Shown here one piece after another: positions 13,401 to 26,516 of a stretch of DNA of 64,000 nucleotides (position 1 is the first letter of the stretch; the number at the start of each line of letters is the position of its first letter). Below the pieces are notes generated by a model. The model was given only the letters and a program-made list of their open reading frames with translations. It was not told the DNA's origin and searched no databases. The stretch is from Eledone cirrhosa (lineage: Eukaryota), in assembly GCA_964016885.1 (NCBI GenBank), contig OZ024748.1:28024001-28088000 (forward strand). Reading direction: 5' to 3'. A program made the position numbers and the translations under genes.

Positions 13401-16400
13401 TTGGTGGTGTTGGTGGTGTTGGTGGTGTTGTTAGTAGTGGTGTTGGTGGTGTTGATTGTGTTGGTGGTGTTGCTAGTAGTGGTGTTGGTGGTGTTGATTG
13501 TGTTGGTGGTGTTGTTAGTAGTGGTGTTGGTGGTGTTGATTGTATTGGTGGTGTTGTTAGTAGTGGTGTTGGTGGTGTTGATTGTGTTGGTGGTGTTGTT
13601 AGTAGTGGTGTTGGTGGTGTTGATTGTGTTGGTGGTGTTGTTAGTAGTGGTGTTGGTGGTGTTGATTGTATTGGTGGTGTTGCTAGTAGTGGTGTTGGTG
13701 GTGTTGATTGTGTTGGTGGTGTTGTTAGTAGTGGTGTTGGTGGTGTTGATTGTGTTGGTGGTGTTGTTAGTAGTGGTGTTGGTGGTGTTGGTGGTGTTGG
13801 TGGTGTTGTTAGTAGTGGTGTTGGTGGTGTTGATTGTGTTGGTGGTGTTGCTAGTAGTGGTGTTGGTGGTGTTGATTGTGTTGGTGGTGTTGTTAGTAGT
13901 GGTGTTGGTGGTGTTGATTGTGTTGGTGGTGTTGCTAGTAGTGGTGTTGGTGGTGTTGATTGTGTTGGTGGTGTTGTTAGTAGTGGTGTTGGTGGTGTTG
14001 GTGGTGTTGGTGGTGTTGTTAGTAGTGGTGTTGGTGGTGTTGATTGTGTTGGTGGTGTTGCTAGTAGTGGTGTTGGTGGTGTTGATTGTGTTGGTGGTGT
14101 TGTTAGTAGTGGTGTTGGTGGTGTTGATTGTGTTGGTGGTGTTGCTAGTAGTGGTGTTGGTGGTGTTGATTGTGTTGGTGGTGTTGTTAGTAGTGGTGTT
14201 GGTGGTGTTGATTGTGTTGGTGGTGTTGCTAGTAGTGGTGTTGGTGGTGTTGATTGTGTTGGTGGTGTTGTTAGTAGTGGTGTTGGTGGTGTTGATTGTG
14301 TTGGTGGTGTTGCTAGTAGTGGTGTTGGTGGTGTTGATTGTGTTGGTGGTGTTGCTAGTAGTGGTGTTGGTGGTGTTGATTGTGTTGGTGGTGTTGTTAG
14401 TAGTGGTGTTGGTGGTGTTGGTTGTGTTGGTCGGTGTTGTTAGTAGTGGTGTTGGTGGTGTTGATTGTGTTGGTGGTGTTGTTAGTAGTGGTGTTGGTGG
14501 TGTTGGTGGTGTTGGTGGTGTTGTTAGTAGTGGTGTTGGTGGTGTTGGTGGTGTTGGTGGTGTTGTTAGTAGTGGTGTTGGTGGTGTTGATTGTGTTGGT
14601 GGTGTTGTTAGTAGTGGTGTTGGTGGTGTTGGTGGTGTTGGTGGTGTTGCTAGTAGTGGTGTTGGTGGTGTTGATTGTGTTGGTGGTGTTGTTAGTAGTG
14701 GTGTTGGTGGTGTTGATTGTGTTGGTGGTGTTGTTAGTAGTGGTGTTGGTGGTGTTGGTGGTGTTGGTGGTGTTGCTAGTAGTGGTGTTGGTGGTGTTGG
14801 TTGGTGTTGTTAGTAGTGGTGTTGGTGGTGTTGATTGTGTTGGTGGTGTTGTTAGTAGTGGTGTTGGTGGTGTTGTGGTGTTGGTGGTGTTGTTAGTAGT
14901 GGTGTTGGTGGTGTTGGTGGTGTTGGTGGTGTTGCTAGTAGTGGTGTTGGTGGTGTTGGTTGTATTGGTGGTGTTGTTAGTAGTTGTGTTGGTGGTGTTG
15001 ATTGTGTTGGTGGTGTTGCTAGTAGTGGTGTTGGTGGTGTTGGTTGTGTTGGTGGTGTTGTTAGTAGTGGTGTTGGTGGTGTTGGTGGTGTTGGTGGTGT
15101 TGCTAGTAGTGGTGTTGGTGGTGTTGATTGTGTTGGTGGTGTTGTTAGTAGTGGTGTTGGTGGTGTTGGTGTTGGTGGTGTTGTAGTAGTGGTGTTGTGG
15201 TGTTGGTGTTGGTGGTGTTGTTAGTAGTGGTGTTGGTGGTGTTGGTGGTGTTGGTGGTGTTGTTAGTAGTGGTGTTGGTGGTGTTGATTGTGTTGGTGGT
15301 GTTGCTAGTAGTGGTGTTGGTGGTGTTGATTGTGTTGGTGGTGTTGTTAGTAGTGGTGTTGGTGGTGTTGATTGTGTTGGTGGTGTTGTTAGTAGTGGTG
15401 TTGGTGGTGTTGATTGTGTTGGTGGTGTTGTTAGTAGTGGTGTTGGTGGTGTTGGTGGTGTTGGTGGTGTTGTTAGTAGTGGTGTTGGTGGTGTTGATTG
15501 TGTTGGTGGTGTTGTTAGTAGTGGTGTTGGTGGTGTTGATTGTGTTGGTGGTGTTGTTAGTAGTGGTGTTGGTGGTGTTGGTGGTGTTGGTGGTGTTGCT
15601 AGTAGTGGTGTTGGTGGTGTTGGTGGTGTTGTTAGTAGTGGTGTTGGTGGTGTTGATTGTGTTGGTGGTGTTGTTAGTAGTGGTGTTGGTGGTGTTGGTG
15701 GTGTTGGTGGTGTTGTTAGTAGTGGTGTTGGTGGTGTTGGTGGTGTTGGTGGTGTTGCTAGTAGTGGTGTTGGTGGTGTTGGTTGTATTGGTGGTGTTGT
15801 TAGTAGTAGTGTTGGTGGTGTTGATTGTATTGGTGGTGTTGCTAGTAGTGGTGTTGGTGGTGTTGGTTGTATTGGTGGTGTTGTTAGTAGTGGTGTTGGT
15901 GGTGTTGGTGGTGTTGGTGGTGTTGCTAGTAGTGGTGTTGGTGGTGTTGATTGTGTTGGTGGTGTTGTTAGTAGTGGTGTTGGTGGTGTTGATTGTGTTG
16001 GTGGTGTTGTTAGTAGTGGTGTTGGTGGTGTTGGTGGTGTTGGTGGTGTTGTTAGTAGTGGTGTTGGTGGTGTTGATTGTGTTGGTGGTGTTGCTAGTAG
16101 TGGTGTTGGTGGTGTTGATTGTGTTGGTGGTGTTGTTAGTAGTGGTGTTGGTGGTGTTGATTGTATTGGTGGTGTTGATTGTGTTGGTGGTGTTGTTAGT
16201 AGTGGTGTTGGTGGTGTTGATTGTGTTGGTGGTGTTGTTAGTAGTGGTGTTGGTGGTGTTGGTGGTGTTGGTGGTGTTGTTAGTAGTGGTGTTGGTGGTG
16301 TTGATTGTGTTGGTGGTGTTGTTAGTAGTGGTGTTGGTGGTGTTGATTGTGTTGGTGGTGTTGTTAGTAGTGGTGTTGGTGGTGTTGGTGGTGTTGGTGG

Positions 16401-19320
16401 TGTTGTTAGTAGTGGTGTTGGTGGTGTTGATTGTGTTGGTGGTGTTGCTAGTAGTGGTGTTGGTGGTGTTGATTGTGTTGGTGGTGTTGTTAGTAGTGGT
16501 GTTGGTGGTGTTGATTGTATTGGTGGTGTTGCTAGTAGTGGTGTTGGTGGTGTTGATTGTGTTGGTGGTGTTGTTAGTAGTGGTGTTGGTGGTGTTGATT
16601 GTGTTGGTGGTGTTGTTAGTAGTGGTGTTGGTGGTGTTGGTGGTGTTGGTGGTGTTGTTAGTAGTGGTGTTGGTGGTGTTGATTGTGTTGGTGGTGTTGC
16701 TAGTAGTGGTGTTGGTGGTGTTGATTGTGTTGGTGGTGTTGTTAGTAGTGGTGTTGGTGGTGTTGATTGTATTTGTGGTGTTGTTAGTAGTGGTGTTGGT
16801 GGTGTTGATTGTGTTGGTGGTGTTGTTAGTAGTGGTGTTGGTGGTGTTGATTGTGTTGGTGGTGTTGTTAGTAGTGGTGTTGGTGGTGTTGATTGTATTG
16901 GTGGTGTTGCTAGTAGTGGTGTTGGTGGTGTTGATTGTGTTGGTGGTGTTGTTAGTAGTGGTGTTGGTGGTGTTGATTGTGTTGGTGGTGTTGTTAGTAG
17001 TGGTGTTGGTGGTGTTGGTGGTGTTGGTGGTGTTGTTAGTAGTGGTGTTGGTGGTGTTGATTGTGTTGGTGGTGTTGCTAGTAGTGGTGTTGGTGGTGTT
17101 GATTGTGTTGGTGGTGTTGTTAGTAGTGGTGTTGGTGGTGTTGATTGTGTTGGTGGTGTTGCTAGTAGTGGTGTTGGTGGTGTTGATTGTGTTGGTGGTG
17201 TTGTTAGTAGTGGTGTTGGTGGTGTTGGTGGTGTTGGTGGTGTTGTTAGTAGTGGTGTTGGTGGTGTTGATTGTGTTGGTGGTGTTGCTAGTAGTGGTGT
17301 TGGTGGTGTTGATTGTGTTGGTGGTGTTGTTAGTAGTGGTGTTGGTGGTGTTGATTGTGTTGGTGGTGTTGCTAGTAGTGGTGTTGGTGGTGTTGATTGT
17401 GTTGGTGGTGTTGTTAGTAGTGGTGTTGGTGGTGTTGATTGTGTTGGTGGTGTTGCTAGTAGTGGTGTTGGTGGTGTTGATTGTGTTGGTGGTGTTGTTA
17501 GTAGTGGTGTTGGTGGTGTTGATTGTGTTGGTGGTGTTGCTAGTAGTGGTGTTGGTGGTGTTGATTGTGTTGGTGGTGTTGCTAGTAGTGGTGTTGGTGG
17601 TGTTGATTGTGTTGGTGGTGTTGTTAGTAGTGGTGTTGGTTGGTGTTGGTTGTATTGGCGGTGTTGTTAGTAGTGGTGTTGGTGGTGTTGATTGTGTTGG
17701 TGGTGTTGTTAGTAGTGGTGTTGGTGGTGTTGGTGGTGTTGGTGGTGTTGTTAGTAGTGGTGTTGGTGGTGTTGGTGGTGTTGGTGGTGTTGTTAGTAGT
17801 GGTGTTGGTGGTGTTGATTGTGTTGGTGGTGTTGTTAGTAGTGGTGTTGGTGGTGTTGGTGGTGTTGGTGGTGTTGCTAGTAGTGGTGTTGGTGGTGTTG
17901 ATTGTGTTGGTGGTGTTGTTAGTAGTGGTGTTGGTGGTGTTGATTGTGTTGGTGGTGTTGTTAGTAGTGGTGTTGGTGGTGTTGGTGGTGTTGGTGGTGT
18001 TGCTAGTAGTGGTGTTGGTGGTGTTGGTGGTGTTGTTAGTAGTGGTGTTGGTGGTGTTGATTGTGTTGGTGGTGTTGTTAGTAGTGGTGTTGGTGGTGTT
18101 GGTGGTGTTGGTGGTGTTGTTAGTAGTGGTGTTGGTGGTGTTGGTGGTGTTGGTGGTGTTGCTAGTAGTGGTGTTGGTGGTGTTGGTTGTATTGGTGGTG
18201 TTGTTAGTAGTAGTGTTGGTGGTGTTGATTGTATTGGTGGTGTTGCTAGTAGTGGTGTTGGTGGTGTTGGTTGTATTGGTGGTGTTGTTAGTAGTGGTGT
18301 TGGTGGTGTTGGTGGTGTTGGTGGTGTTGCTAGTAGTGGTGTTGGTGGTGTTGATTGTGTTGGTGGTGTTGTTAGTAGTGGTGTTGGTGGTGTTGGTGGT
18401 GTTGCTAGTAGTGGTGTTGGTGGTGTTGCTAGTAGTGGTGTTGGTGGTGTTGGTTGTATTGGTGGTGTTGTTAGTAGTGGTGTTGGTTGGTGTTGGTTGT
18501 ATTGGCGGTGTTGTTAGTAGTGGTGTTGGTGGTGTTGATTGTGTTGGTGGTGTTGTTAGTAGTGGTGTTGGTGGTGTTGGTGGTGTTGGTGGTGTTGGTG
18601 GTGTTGGTGGTGTTGGTGGTGTTGTTAGTAGTGGTGTTGGTGGTGTTGATTGTGTTGGTGGTGTTGTTAGTAGTGGTGTTGGTGGTGTTGGTGGTGTTGG
18701 TGGTGTTGCTAGTAGTGGTGTTGGTGGTGTTGATTGTGTTGGTGGTGTTGTTAGTAGTGGTGTTGGTGGTGTTGATTGTGTTGGTGGTGTTGTTAGTAGT
18801 GGTGTTGGTGGTGTTGGTGGTGTTGCTAGTAGTGGTGTTGGTGGTGTTGATTGTGTTGGTGGTGTTGTTAGTAGTGGTGTTGGTGGTGTTGATTGTGTTG
18901 GTGGTGTTGTTAGTAGTGGTGTTGGTGGTGTTGGTGGTGTTGGTGGTGTTGTTAGTAGTGGTGTTGGTGGTGTTGATTGTGTTGGTGGTGTTGTTAGTAG
19001 TGGTGTTGGTGGTGTCGGTGGTGTTGGTGGTGTTGTTAGTAGTGGTGTTGGTGGTGGTGTTAGTAGTGGTGTTGGTGGTGTTGATTGTGTTGGTGGTGTT
19101 GTTAGTAGTGGTGTTGGTGGTGTTGGTGGTGTTGGTGGTGTTGCTAGTAGTGGTGTTAGTGGTGTTGGTTGTATTGGTGGTGTTGCTAGTAGTGGTGTTG
19201 GTGGTGTTGGTGGTGTTGGTGGTGTTGGTGGTGTTGGTGGTGTTGCTAGTAGTGGTGTTGGTGGTGTTGGTGGTGTTGCTAGTAGTGGTGTTGGTGGTGT
19301 TGATTGTGTTGGTGCTGTAA
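10500..19320. repeat. GGT/GTT-derived satellite; core 42-bp unit (GTTGGTGGTGTTGTTAGTAGTGGTGTTGGTGGTGTTGATTGT)n from about 11210
   Basis: About 8 kb tandem array read directly; explains the VGGVVSSG and VLVV ORFs. Confidence 0.95.
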
Positions 19321-19399
19321 TTGGTATTGTTGGAGTAACTGGTTTTAGTGGTGTTACTGGTGGTCTTTTTCATGGTGCTGCTGGGGGTTATGGTTGTTG

Positions 19400-22300
19400 T
19401 TGTTGTTGACGCTGTTGTTGTTGTTGTTGTTGATAATGTTGTTGTTGATAATGTTGATGTTGATAATGTTGTTGTTGATAATGTTGTTGTTGATAATGTT
19501 GATGTTGATAATGTTGTTGTTGATAATGTTGTTGTTGATAATGTTGTTGATAATGTTGTTGTTGATAATGTTGTTGTTGGTAATGTTGTTGATAATGTTG
19601 TTGTTGATAATGTTGTTGTTGATAATGTTGATGTTGATAATGTTGTTGTTGATAATGTTGTTGTTGATAATGTTGATGTTGATAATGTTGTTGTTGATAA
19701 TGTTGTTGTTGATAATGTTGATGTTGATAATGTTGTTGTTGATAATGTTGTTGTTGATAATGTTGTTGTTGATAATGTTGTTGTTGATAATGTTGATGTT
19801 GATAATGTTGATGTTGATAATGTTGTTGTTGATAATGTTGATGTTGATAATGTTGTTGTTGATAATGTTGTTGTTGATAATGTTGTTGTTGATAATGTTG
19901 TTGTTGATAATGTTGATGTTGATAATGTTGTTGTTGATAATGTTGTTGTTGATAATGTTGAGGTTGATAATGTTGTTGTTGATAATGTTGTTGTTGATAA
20001 TGTTGTTGTTGATAATGTTGTTGTTGATAATGTTGTTGTTGATAATGTTGTTGTTGATAATGTTGTTGTTGATAATGTTGATGTTGATAATGTTGTTGTT
20101 GATAATGTTGTTGTTGATAATGTTGTTGTTGATAATGTTGTTGTTGATAATGTTGATGTTGATAATGTCGATGTTGATAGTGTTGTTGTTGATAATGTTG
20201 TTGTTGATAATGTTGTTGTTGATAATGTTGATGTTGATAATGTTGATGTTGATAATGTTGTTGTTGATAATGTTGTTGTTGATAATGTTGTTGTTGATAA
20301 TGTTGTTGTTGATAATGTTGTTGTTGATAATGTTGTTGTTGATAATGTTGTTGTTGATAATGTTGTTGTTGATAATGTTGATGTTGATAATGTTGATGTT
20401 GATAATGTTGATGTTGATAATGTTGTTGTTGATAATGTTGTTGTTGATAATGTTGTTGTTGATAATGTTGTTGTTGATAATGTTGTTATTGATAATGTTG
20501 ATGTTGATAATGTTGTTGTTGATAATGTTGTTGTTGATAATGTTGTTGTTGATAATGTTGTTGATAATGTTGTTGTTGATAATGTTGATGTTGATAATGT
20601 TGTTGTTGATAATGTTGTTGTTGATAATGTTGATGTTGATAATGTTGATGTTGATAATGTTGATGTTGATAATGTTGTTGTTGATAATGTTGTTGTTGAT
20701 AATGTTGTTGTTGATAATGTTGTTGATAATGTTGTTGTTGATAATGTTGTTGTTGATTATGTTGTTGTTGATAATTTTGTTGTTGATAATGTTGTTGTTG
20801 ATAATGTTGTTGTTGATAATGTTGTTGTTGATAATGTTGTTGTTGATAATGTTGATGTTGATAATGTTGTTGTTGATAATGCTGTTGTTGATAATGTTGT
20901 TGTTGATAATGTTGTTGATAATGTTGTTGTTGATAATGTTGTTGTTGATAATTTTGTTGTTGATAATCTTGTTGTTGATAATGTTGTTGATAATGTTGTT
21001 GTTGATAATGTTGTTGTTGATAATTTTGTTGTTGATAATGTTGTTGTTGATAATGTTGTTGTTGATAATGTTGTTGTTGATAATGTTGATGTTGATAATG
21101 TTATTGTTGATAATGTTGTTGTTGATAATGTTGTTGTTGATAATGTTGTTTTTGATAATGTTGTTGTTGATAATGTTGATGTTGATAATGTTGTTGTTGA
21201 TAATGTCGATGTTGATAATGTTGTTGTTGATAGTGTTGTTGTTGATAATGTTGTTGTTGATAATGTTGTTGTTGATAATGTTGTTATTGATAATGTTGAT
21301 GTTGATAATGTTGTTGTTGATAATGTTGATGTTGATAATGTTGTTGTTGATAATGTTGATGTTGATAATGTTGATGTTGATAATGTTGTTGTTGATAATG
21401 TTGTTGTTGATAATGTTGATGTTGATAATGTTGTTGTTGATAATGTTGTTGTTGATAATGTTGTTGTTGATAATGTTGATGTTGATAATGTTGATGTTGA
21501 TAATGTTGTTGTTGATAATGTTGTTGTTGATAATGTTGTTGTTGATAATGTTGATGTTGATAATGTTGTTGTTGATATTGTTGTTGTTGATAATGTCGAT
21601 GTTGATAATGTTGTTGTTGATAATGTTGTTGTTGATAATGTTGATGTTGATAATGTTGTTGTTGATAATGTTGATGTTGATAATGTCGATGTTGATAATG
21701 TTGTTGTTGATAATGTTGTTGTTGATAATGTTGTTGTTGATAATGTCGATGTTGATAATGTTGTTGTTGATAATGTTGTTGTTGATAATGTTGTTGTTGA
21801 TAATGTTGATGTTGATAATGTTGTTGTTGATAATGTCGATGTTGATAATGTTGATGTTGATAATGTTGTTGTTGATAATGTTGATGTTGATAATGTCGAT
21901 GTTGATAATGTTGTTGTTGATAATGTTGTTGTTGATAATGTTGATGTTGATAATGTTGTTGTTGATAATGTCGATGTTGATAATGTTGATGTTGATAATG
22001 TTGTTGTTGATAATGTTGATGTTGATAATGTCGATGTTGATAATGTTGTTGTTGATAATGTTGTTGTTGATAATGTTGTTGTTGATAATGTTGATGTTGA
22101 TAATGTTGTTGTTGATAATGTCGATGTTGATAATGTTGATGTTGATAATGTTGTTGTTGATAATGTTGATGTTGATAATGTCGATGTTGATAATGTTGTT
22201 GTTGATAATGTTGTTGTTGATAATGTTGATGTTGATAATGTTGTTGTTGATAATGTCGATGTTGATAATGTTGATGTTGATAATGTTGTTGTTGATAATG

Positions 22301-22490
22301 TTGATGTTGATAATGTCGATGTTGATAATGTTGTTGTTGATAATGTTGTTGTTGATAATGTTGTTGTTGATAATGTTGTTGTTGATAATGTTGTTGTTGA
22401 TAATGTTGTTATTGATAATGTTGTTGTTGATAATGTTGTTGTTGATAATGTTGTTGTTGATAATGTTGATGTTGATAATGTTGTTGTTTA
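19400..22490. repeat. 15-bp minisatellite (GATAATGTTGTTGTT)n
   Basis: About 3 kb array with GAT/GTC variants and occasional 12-bp units. Confidence 0.95.
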
Positions 22491-22877
22491 CAAAAATATA
22501 TTAATTGTTTCGTCTATTTGTTCATTTTGTTATTTTTACATTTGTTGTCATTATTGCTGTTATTGTTGTTGCTGTTGTTGTTGCTGCTGTTGCTGTTGTT
22601 GTTGTTATTGTTGAAGTTGTTGTTGTTGTCATCGTCAACGATAATCTGATGATGTTGCTGTTGATGTTGTTGAGGCTAGCAATGGCATCATCAACAACCC
22701 ACGCTGATGCAACCAACGAAAACCAAACGACAAAAAGAAGATGGCGCGGAAGTAAAGTAGTGGGTGTGGGAATGGTAGTGTTACTGATGATAATGGGGGG
22801 GGGGAAGAGGAGGAGGAGGCAGTGGATGAGGAGATAAACAAGATGACAAGCGATTGAGTGATTGGGACAAGTGAGAA

Positions 22878-22908
<31 letters not shown>

Positions 22909-23319
22909 CAGTGAGGGCGTGGGAGATGTAATTGTTATAATTACGATTACAAAACAAAAATTACTTGTTTAAAAATCAGAAAAAATAAATATTTAAACAA
23001 ACACAAAAACAACTCTCTTATCCTTAAAAAAAAACAAATAAATACATAAACAAGGTTATTTCAAATAAAAATGTATTTTTAGAGAAGAGTCGGGTAGGGA
23101 ATTTGATTATATCAATCGTCTATCCCCGACCGAACAAACCCAGACCCCCGCCTCCACACCCCACTCTTTAATTCGGCTGCTTTGTCCTCTTAATTTATTA
23201 AGACAAACTCTTATAGAAGTGGATACAGTTTTCGTTTAAACATCCCACCCCACGACAACGACTATCAACTACCACCCCACCCGTCTCACCCAGGGAACCT
23301 TTCTCATCTGTTCTTTACA

Positions 23320-24555
23320 GCCACCACCACCACTGTCAATACCATCAGCACTTACCCCTACCAAAACCACCACCACCAACAACAACACTATCAATACTAG
23401 AACCGCTACCACCACCACCAATACTGTCATCATTACTACTATCAACGCCGCCACCATCACCACCGCCACCATCACCACTACTACTACTACCATCACCTAC
23501 ACCACCATCAACGCCGCCACCATCACCACCGCCACCACTACTACTACCATCACCTACACCACCATCAACGCCGCCACCATCACCACCGCCACCACTACTA
23601 CCACTACTACCATCACCTACACCACCATCAACGCCGCCACCATCACCACCGCCACCACCACTACTACTACTACCATCACCTACACCACCATCAACGCCGC
23701 CACCATCACCACCGTCACTATCAATGCCACAACCATCACTACCATCAGCATCAGTGCCACTATCACCACCGCCATCACCTTCACCATTACTACCACCACA
23801 ACCATCACCGCCATCACCATCACTGCCACCACCAACAACACACACACACTCATCCCGTCCCCCAATCCAAGCCCCGGTACCCTCCTCCTATCCATTCCCC
23901 CGTGCACCCCATTCCACCCTACTCTGGTCCTTAATTTATTAAGACGTACCCTTATAGAATTAGATTGTAATAACTTAATAGAGGGTGGAATGTGAATGGT
24001 GAGGCTGGTGGAGGGGGTAGAATACGGAGGGAGAGGGGGTGGGGGGTAGAGGGGGACATGGGAGAGAGAGGGGAGGGAGAGAGGGGGGGGATGAAATATG
24101 AGGAGTGGAGGTGAGGAAGAGACAGAGAGAGAGAAATATGGTTGTTGTTGGTGGTGGTGGTGGTAATGGTGACGGCGGTGGTGGTGACGGTGGTGGTGGT
24201 GATGGTGGGGGTGGTAGTTTGATGATGGTGGTGGTGGTGGTTGGTGGTGGTAATGGTGATGGTGGTGGTGATTTGATGAGGGTGGTGGTTGTTGGTGGTG
24301 GTAATGGTGATGCTGTTGGCGGCGGCGGCGGTGGCGGTGGTGGTGGTGGTAGTGGTGGTGGTAGTGTTGTTGTTGGTGGTGGTGATGGTGGTGATGGTGG
24401 TGGTGGTGGTGGTGGTGGCGGCAATAGTGGTGGTAATGGTGTTAGTAGTGGTTGTGGTATTGGCGGAGATGGTATTGGTTGGGGCGATAGTGGGGTTGGC
24501 AGCGGTGACAGTGGTGGTGGTGGTGGTGGTGGTGGTGGTGGTGGTAGTAGTGGGT
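23320..24555. repeat. CAC-rich (23320-23840, with ~60-bp subrepeat) and GGT-rich (24140-24555) low-complexity tracts
   Basis: Direct observation; the two tracts have opposite strand composition. Confidence 0.8.
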
Positions 24556-24777
24556 GAGAGAAAGTGAGATGGGACGGAGGTGTGTGGTGGGGGAACGGAT
24601 AAAGATGGTGGGGTAGGTAGAAACTACAGATGTAAGTTGGTATAGACATTTACACGGGAGGTATAGAGGGTGTGTTTGGGGGTATGTATATAAGGGGCAT
24701 ACTATGTCATAAGGTTACTCAAAAGAGTGGGGATATATATATACATGTATGCATATATATATATTTATATTATATAT

Positions 24778-24822
<45 letters not shown>

Positions 24823-24985
24823 ATGTGTCTGTGTGTGTCTATGTGTGTCTGTGTGTGTCTGTGTGTGTCTGCGTGTGTCTGTGTGTGTGTGTGTCTGTAT
24901 GTGTCTGTGTCTGTGTGGGTGGGTGTGTCTGTGTGTGCCTGTGTGTGTGTGTATGTGTGTGTGTGTGTCTGTCTGTGTGTGTATA

Positions 24986-25045
<60 letters not shown>

Positions 25046-25145
25046 TGTGTGTATATGAAATTTTTATAAAGTATTTTAATCTTATCTTCCAACGAATTCC
25101 TATCTAACCAGTTATTATTTGTGTATGAAAAATATTTATAGCCGG

Positions 25146-25216
<71 letters not shown>

Positions 25217-25226
25217 CATACATATA

Positions 25227-25374
<148 letters not shown>

Positions 25375-25397
25375 TATATGTATGTATGTATATATAT

Positions 25398-25851
25398 CAA
25401 AGCGCAAAGGAGCTCTTAAGAGTCAATAGCCATCCAAAATCACTGGGAGAGATGACCCCTTAGCCTTTGTCAAGGCAGAATTCTAGGAGAAGGAAAACTC
25501 TGATATAACACCTGCAACCCTGATGGTATCCAATGATGTTGACTTGTTCTTCTTTTTGGTAAATATCATCTTGGTTAAGAGAGTGGGACTGGCTTTGTGC
25601 AGTGCCTTTGCTCACTATAAAAGCTTCACAGCACAGGCATTGCTTTATATCTGGAGATCTCTCTGCACTTGTCATCACATGGTACCATGGGCCCTGCACT
25701 ATGTGTCAATAATGGTCACAAGTGTAGTCTTTGTACCAGAGTTTTCAAGTCGCTGACTGGACTAAAAAGTCACATTCGTTCAGCGCATCGGTAGGGGTTC
25801 TCCTACATGGATATAAAGTAGTGGCCGTACTCGAAAACGAGTTGGCAGCCA

Positions 25852-25853
<2 letters not shown>
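25398..25853 (+). mobile_element. non-autonomous bipartite RTE-derived element (5'-UTR-like segment + ORF-terminal C2H2 finger + 3' stem-loop + (TA)n tail)
   Basis: GGCAGAATTCTAGGAGAAGGAAAACTCTGATATAACACC resembles RTE 5'-UTR motifs. 25717-25793 reads [25 protein letters not shown] (C2H2). 3' end TGGCCGTACTCG-AAAA-CGAGTTGGCAGCCA. Related copies at 28062 and 63081. Confidence 0.65.
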
Positions 25854-25888
<35 letters not shown>

Positions 25889-25890
25889 TG

Positions 25891-25990
<100 letters not shown>

Positions 25991-25993
25991 CAT

Positions 25994-26050
<57 letters not shown>

Positions 26051-26115
26051 GTATAAAACAACTTCTACAGCACTCGGACTGTTTCGTTCGTTTCAAATCA
26101 TTATGATATATATAT

Positions 26116-26304
26116 AATTGGTTTTACTTTAGGCACAAGGCCAGCAATTACACAGTACATTACTGGTACTTTATTTTATCGACCCCGTAAGGATGAAAGG
26201 CAAAGTTAACCTCGGCGGGATTTTAACTCAGACCATAAAGGGCTGTAACTCTATACTGCAAGGCATGGTGTCCGACCCTCTACCGATACTGCCAATTCAC
26301 TGCC
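26116..26304 (-). mobile_element. tRNA-derived SINE
   Basis: Same family as 4003-4188; flanked by the direct repeat TTATGATATATATATAAT (26101-26118 and 26307-26324). Confidence 0.85.
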
Positions 26305-26324
26305 CTTTATGATATATATATAAT

Positions 26325-26516
26325 GGCGGTTGATTGGCAGTATCGGTAGAAGGTCGGACGGACGCCATGCTTTCTAGCATAGTTATGTCCCTTTACGGTC
26401 TGAGTTCAAATCCCGCCAAGGTTAACTTTGCTTTTCATCCTTACGGGGTCGATAAAATAAAATACCAGTAATGAACTGGGGCAATTGCTGGTCTTTTGCC
26501 AAAAGTAGAAACAATT
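26325..26516 (+). mobile_element. tRNA-derived SINE (head-to-head with the previous copy)
   Basis: A-box-like TGGCAGTATCGG, B-box GAGTTCAAATCC and family body; followed by TTATGATATATATATA. Confidence 0.87.

Noticed and set aside
10497-22614. Giant V/L/G-rich, DNVVV and T/N-rich ORFs as a mucin or structural protein gene
   Set aside because: Pure satellite. Several non-triplet indels, an in-frame TAA in the minus-strand TTTLS frame near 20757, and no signal peptide or convincing splice framework.
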